A stretch of 64,000 nt of DNA, taken from an uncultured delta proteobacterium. Lineage in GTDB: Bacteria; Desulfobacterota; Binatia; UBA9968. Shown in pieces: positions 61,387-64,000 of this stretch. Under the pieces are notes generated by a model, which was not told where the DNA came from, made no database searches, and saw only the letters and a list, made by a program, of their open reading frames with translations. The stretch lies in the NCBI GenBank assembly GCA_963745035.1, contig CAVUVW010000013.1:1088001-1152000 (forward strand). Direction: 5' to 3'. Each line of letters begins with the position of its first letter. Within the stretch, counting starts at the first letter, position 1. The position numbers were made by a program, and so were the translations under genes.

Positions 61387-64000
61387 ATGGCGAGAGAAAA
61401 ATCTCCCACTCCAATTAGACCCGTGAACGAAGAAGAACTGAGACTTCAGGCCGACCGCGCGCGCAAAGCCAACTGGAAGCGCTGGGGGCCTTACTTGTCC
61501 GAGCGCCAGTGGGGCACCGTGCGTGAGGATTACAGCAGCTACGGTACCGCTTGGGAATATTTTCCCCACGACCACGCGCGCAGCCGCGCTTACCGCTGGG
61601 GTGAAGACGGCATCGGCGGCATTTCCGACCGCCATCAATTCATTTGCTTCGCTCTTGCGCTGTGGAACGGCAAAGATCCGATCTTGAAGGAGCGCCTGTT
61701 CGGGCTCACCGGTAACGAAGGCAATCACGGGGAGGACGTCAAGGAATACTATTTTTATCTCGACTCGACGCCAACCCACTCCTACATGAAGTTTCTCTAC
61801 AAGTACCCGCAGCGGGAATTTCCCTACGCGAAGCTCCTCGAGGAGAACCGCCGGCGCGGCCGGCGCGATCTCGAGTTCGAGCTGATCAACACCGGTATCT
61901 TCGATGAAGATCGCTACTTCGACGTTTTCATCGAATACGCCAAGGCCGGACCGGACGACATCCTCGTTCGTGTCGAGGCGGTCAATCGCGGCCCGGACCC
62001 GGCGCCGCTTCATCTGCTGCCCACCGTGTGGTTTCGCAACACCTGGTCATGGGGTCTCGACGAGCGCAAGCCGAAACTTCGGCGCGATGCCATCGGCGGA
62101 AGTCGCGGCGATCAAGCTGGATCATCATTATTACGGCGCGCGCTGGCTGTACTGCGAGGGCGCACCGTATCTCTTGTTCACCGAGAACGAGACCAACAAC
62201 CGTCGCCTGTTCGACGTCGGAAAATGCATCGCCGTACGTCAAGGACGGCGTCAACGACTTTATCGTTCACGGCGTGAAGAGCGCGGTCAATCCCAATGAT
62301 CAAGGCACCAAGGCGTCGGCGCATTATGAATTCGCGGTGCCGCCGGGAAAATCGGTGGAGACCCGCCTGCGGCTTTCGCCTGCCGCACCGGGCCAGCCGG
62401 GGATTCTCAACGGCGACTTCGACGCACAGATCGCGCAGCGGCGCGATGAAGCGGACGAGTTCTATCGCAACATCATCCCGCAGGGCATCGCCGCGGATCG
62501 CCAGGACGTCATGCGCCAAGCGCTCGGCGGTCTGCTCTGGAGCAAGCAGTTCTATTCCTACGATCTCAGTCGCTGGATCCAGGGCGATCCCGCCGGACCG
62601 CAACCGCCGCGCCAGCGCCTCCAGGGCCGCAACAAAGACTGGCGTCATCTCTACAATGCCGACGTGATCTCGATGCCGGACAAATGGGAATACCCCTGGT
62701 ATGCGGCGTGGGATCTCGCCTTTCACTGCGTCGCGCTCGCCATCGTCGACGCCGACTTTGCCAAAGAGCAGCTCTTGCTCATGACCCGCGAGTGGTACAT
62801 GCATCCGAACGGCCAATTGCCGGCCTACGAATGGGCGTTCGGCGACGTCAATCCGCCGGTGCACGCCTGGGCCGCCTGGCGCGTTTACAAGGTGGAGCAA
62901 AAGCGCCAGGGCGCTGGCGATCGAAAATTTCTCGAACGGATCTTCCAAAAGCTTTTGCTCAACTTCACCTGGTGGGTGAATCGCAAGGACACCGACGGGC
63001 GAAACGTTTTTCAGGGCGGATTTCTCGGGCTCGACAATATCGGCGTGTTCGATCGCAGCGCCCCGCTGCCGACCGGCGGGCACATCGAGCAGTCCGATGC
63101 CACCAGTTGGATGGGCATGTACTGTCTGAACATGCTCGCCATCGCTCTCGAGCTTGCCAGGGAAAATTCCGCCTACGAAGACGTCGCCAGCAAGTTTTTC
63201 GAGCACTTCGTCTACATCTGCGAAGCGATGAATAACCTTGGCGGCGAACGCATCGAGTTATGGGATGCCAAGGACGGCTTTTACTACGACGTGCTGCATA
63301 TGCCGGACGGCCGGCAGGTGCCGCTCAAGGTGCGCTCGATGGTCGGACTCATCCCGCTCTTCGCGGTCGAAACCCTCGACTCCGAGGTCGGTCGATCACC
63401 TGCCGGGATTCAAGCGCCGCATGCAGTGGTTCATCGAAAATCGCCCCGGCTTGGGCGAGCACATCGAAACACAAGTCCACCGACGATGGCCCGCGGCGTT
63501 TCCTGTCGCTGGTCAATCGGCATCGGCTCAAGCGAGTTCTGAGTTACATGCTCGATGAGAACGAATTTTTGTCGGCCTACGGCATTCGCGCGCTCTCACG
63601 CTATCATCTGGACCATCCTTACACTCTGCCGGTGAATGACATGAATTACCGCGTGGACTACGAGCCGGCCGAGTCGAGCACGGGCCTGTTCGGCGGCAAT
63701 TCGAACTGGCGCGGCCCGATCTGGTTTCCAGTGAATTATCTGCTGATCGAGTCGCTGCAAAAGTTTCATTTCTTTCTCGGCGATAATTACAAAGTGGAGT
63801 TTCCCACCGGCTCGGGCGCGAGCTTGGATCTGTGGCAAATCGCCGGCGAAATCTCTCAACGGCTCACGCGGATATTCTTGCGCGACGAACATGGTCGCCG
63901 GCCGGTTTTCGGCGGCACGGAAAAATTTCAGAAGGACCCGCTGTGGCGCGACCTCATTCCGTTTCATGAATACTTTCACGGCGACAACGGCGCCGGCATC
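61387..64000 (+). CDS. MGH1-like (GH63-type) glucosidase, frameshifted, runs off the window edge
   Basis: [69 protein letters not shown] and [12 protein letters not shown]. Confidence 0.92.

Overview
High-GC bacterial chromosomal window of mostly metabolic, transport and housekeeping genes: a benzoate-CoA ligase with a Liv-type ABC operon, asnS, an ATP-dependent DNA ligase, DAHP synthase, a DEAD-box helicase, surE and several NMT1/THI5- and Bug-type solute-binding proteins (SBPs). The gene content and intergenic repeats suggest a Candidatus Binatia-like soil lineage (inference). Many conserved genes carry single-base frameshifts, most likely uncorrected long-read errors. The most unusual region is a visibly AT-richer ~7 kb segment (~30840-37740) organised like a cassette array. 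It holds seven same-orientation copies or half-copies of a ~70 bp palindrome (GGATTGAACTGAA...TTCAGTTCAATCC) and seven copies of the 3' end of a COG2984-type ABC SBP gene ('RAD(K/R)VI(K/E)*'). It also holds two integron attC-like sites, a 3' half of tRNA-Thr(CGT) flanked by arm-site-like repeats, and small cargo genes. No recombinase gene was seen in the window. Elsewhere there is a ~390 bp inversion splitting a two-domain DM13 gene, a Zn-finger/cyclase/MerT-like fusion, three sigma54-type promoters in front of uncharacterised small genes, several palindromic repeat families and many gene remnants. All calls come from reading the sequence by eye; no database searches were run.
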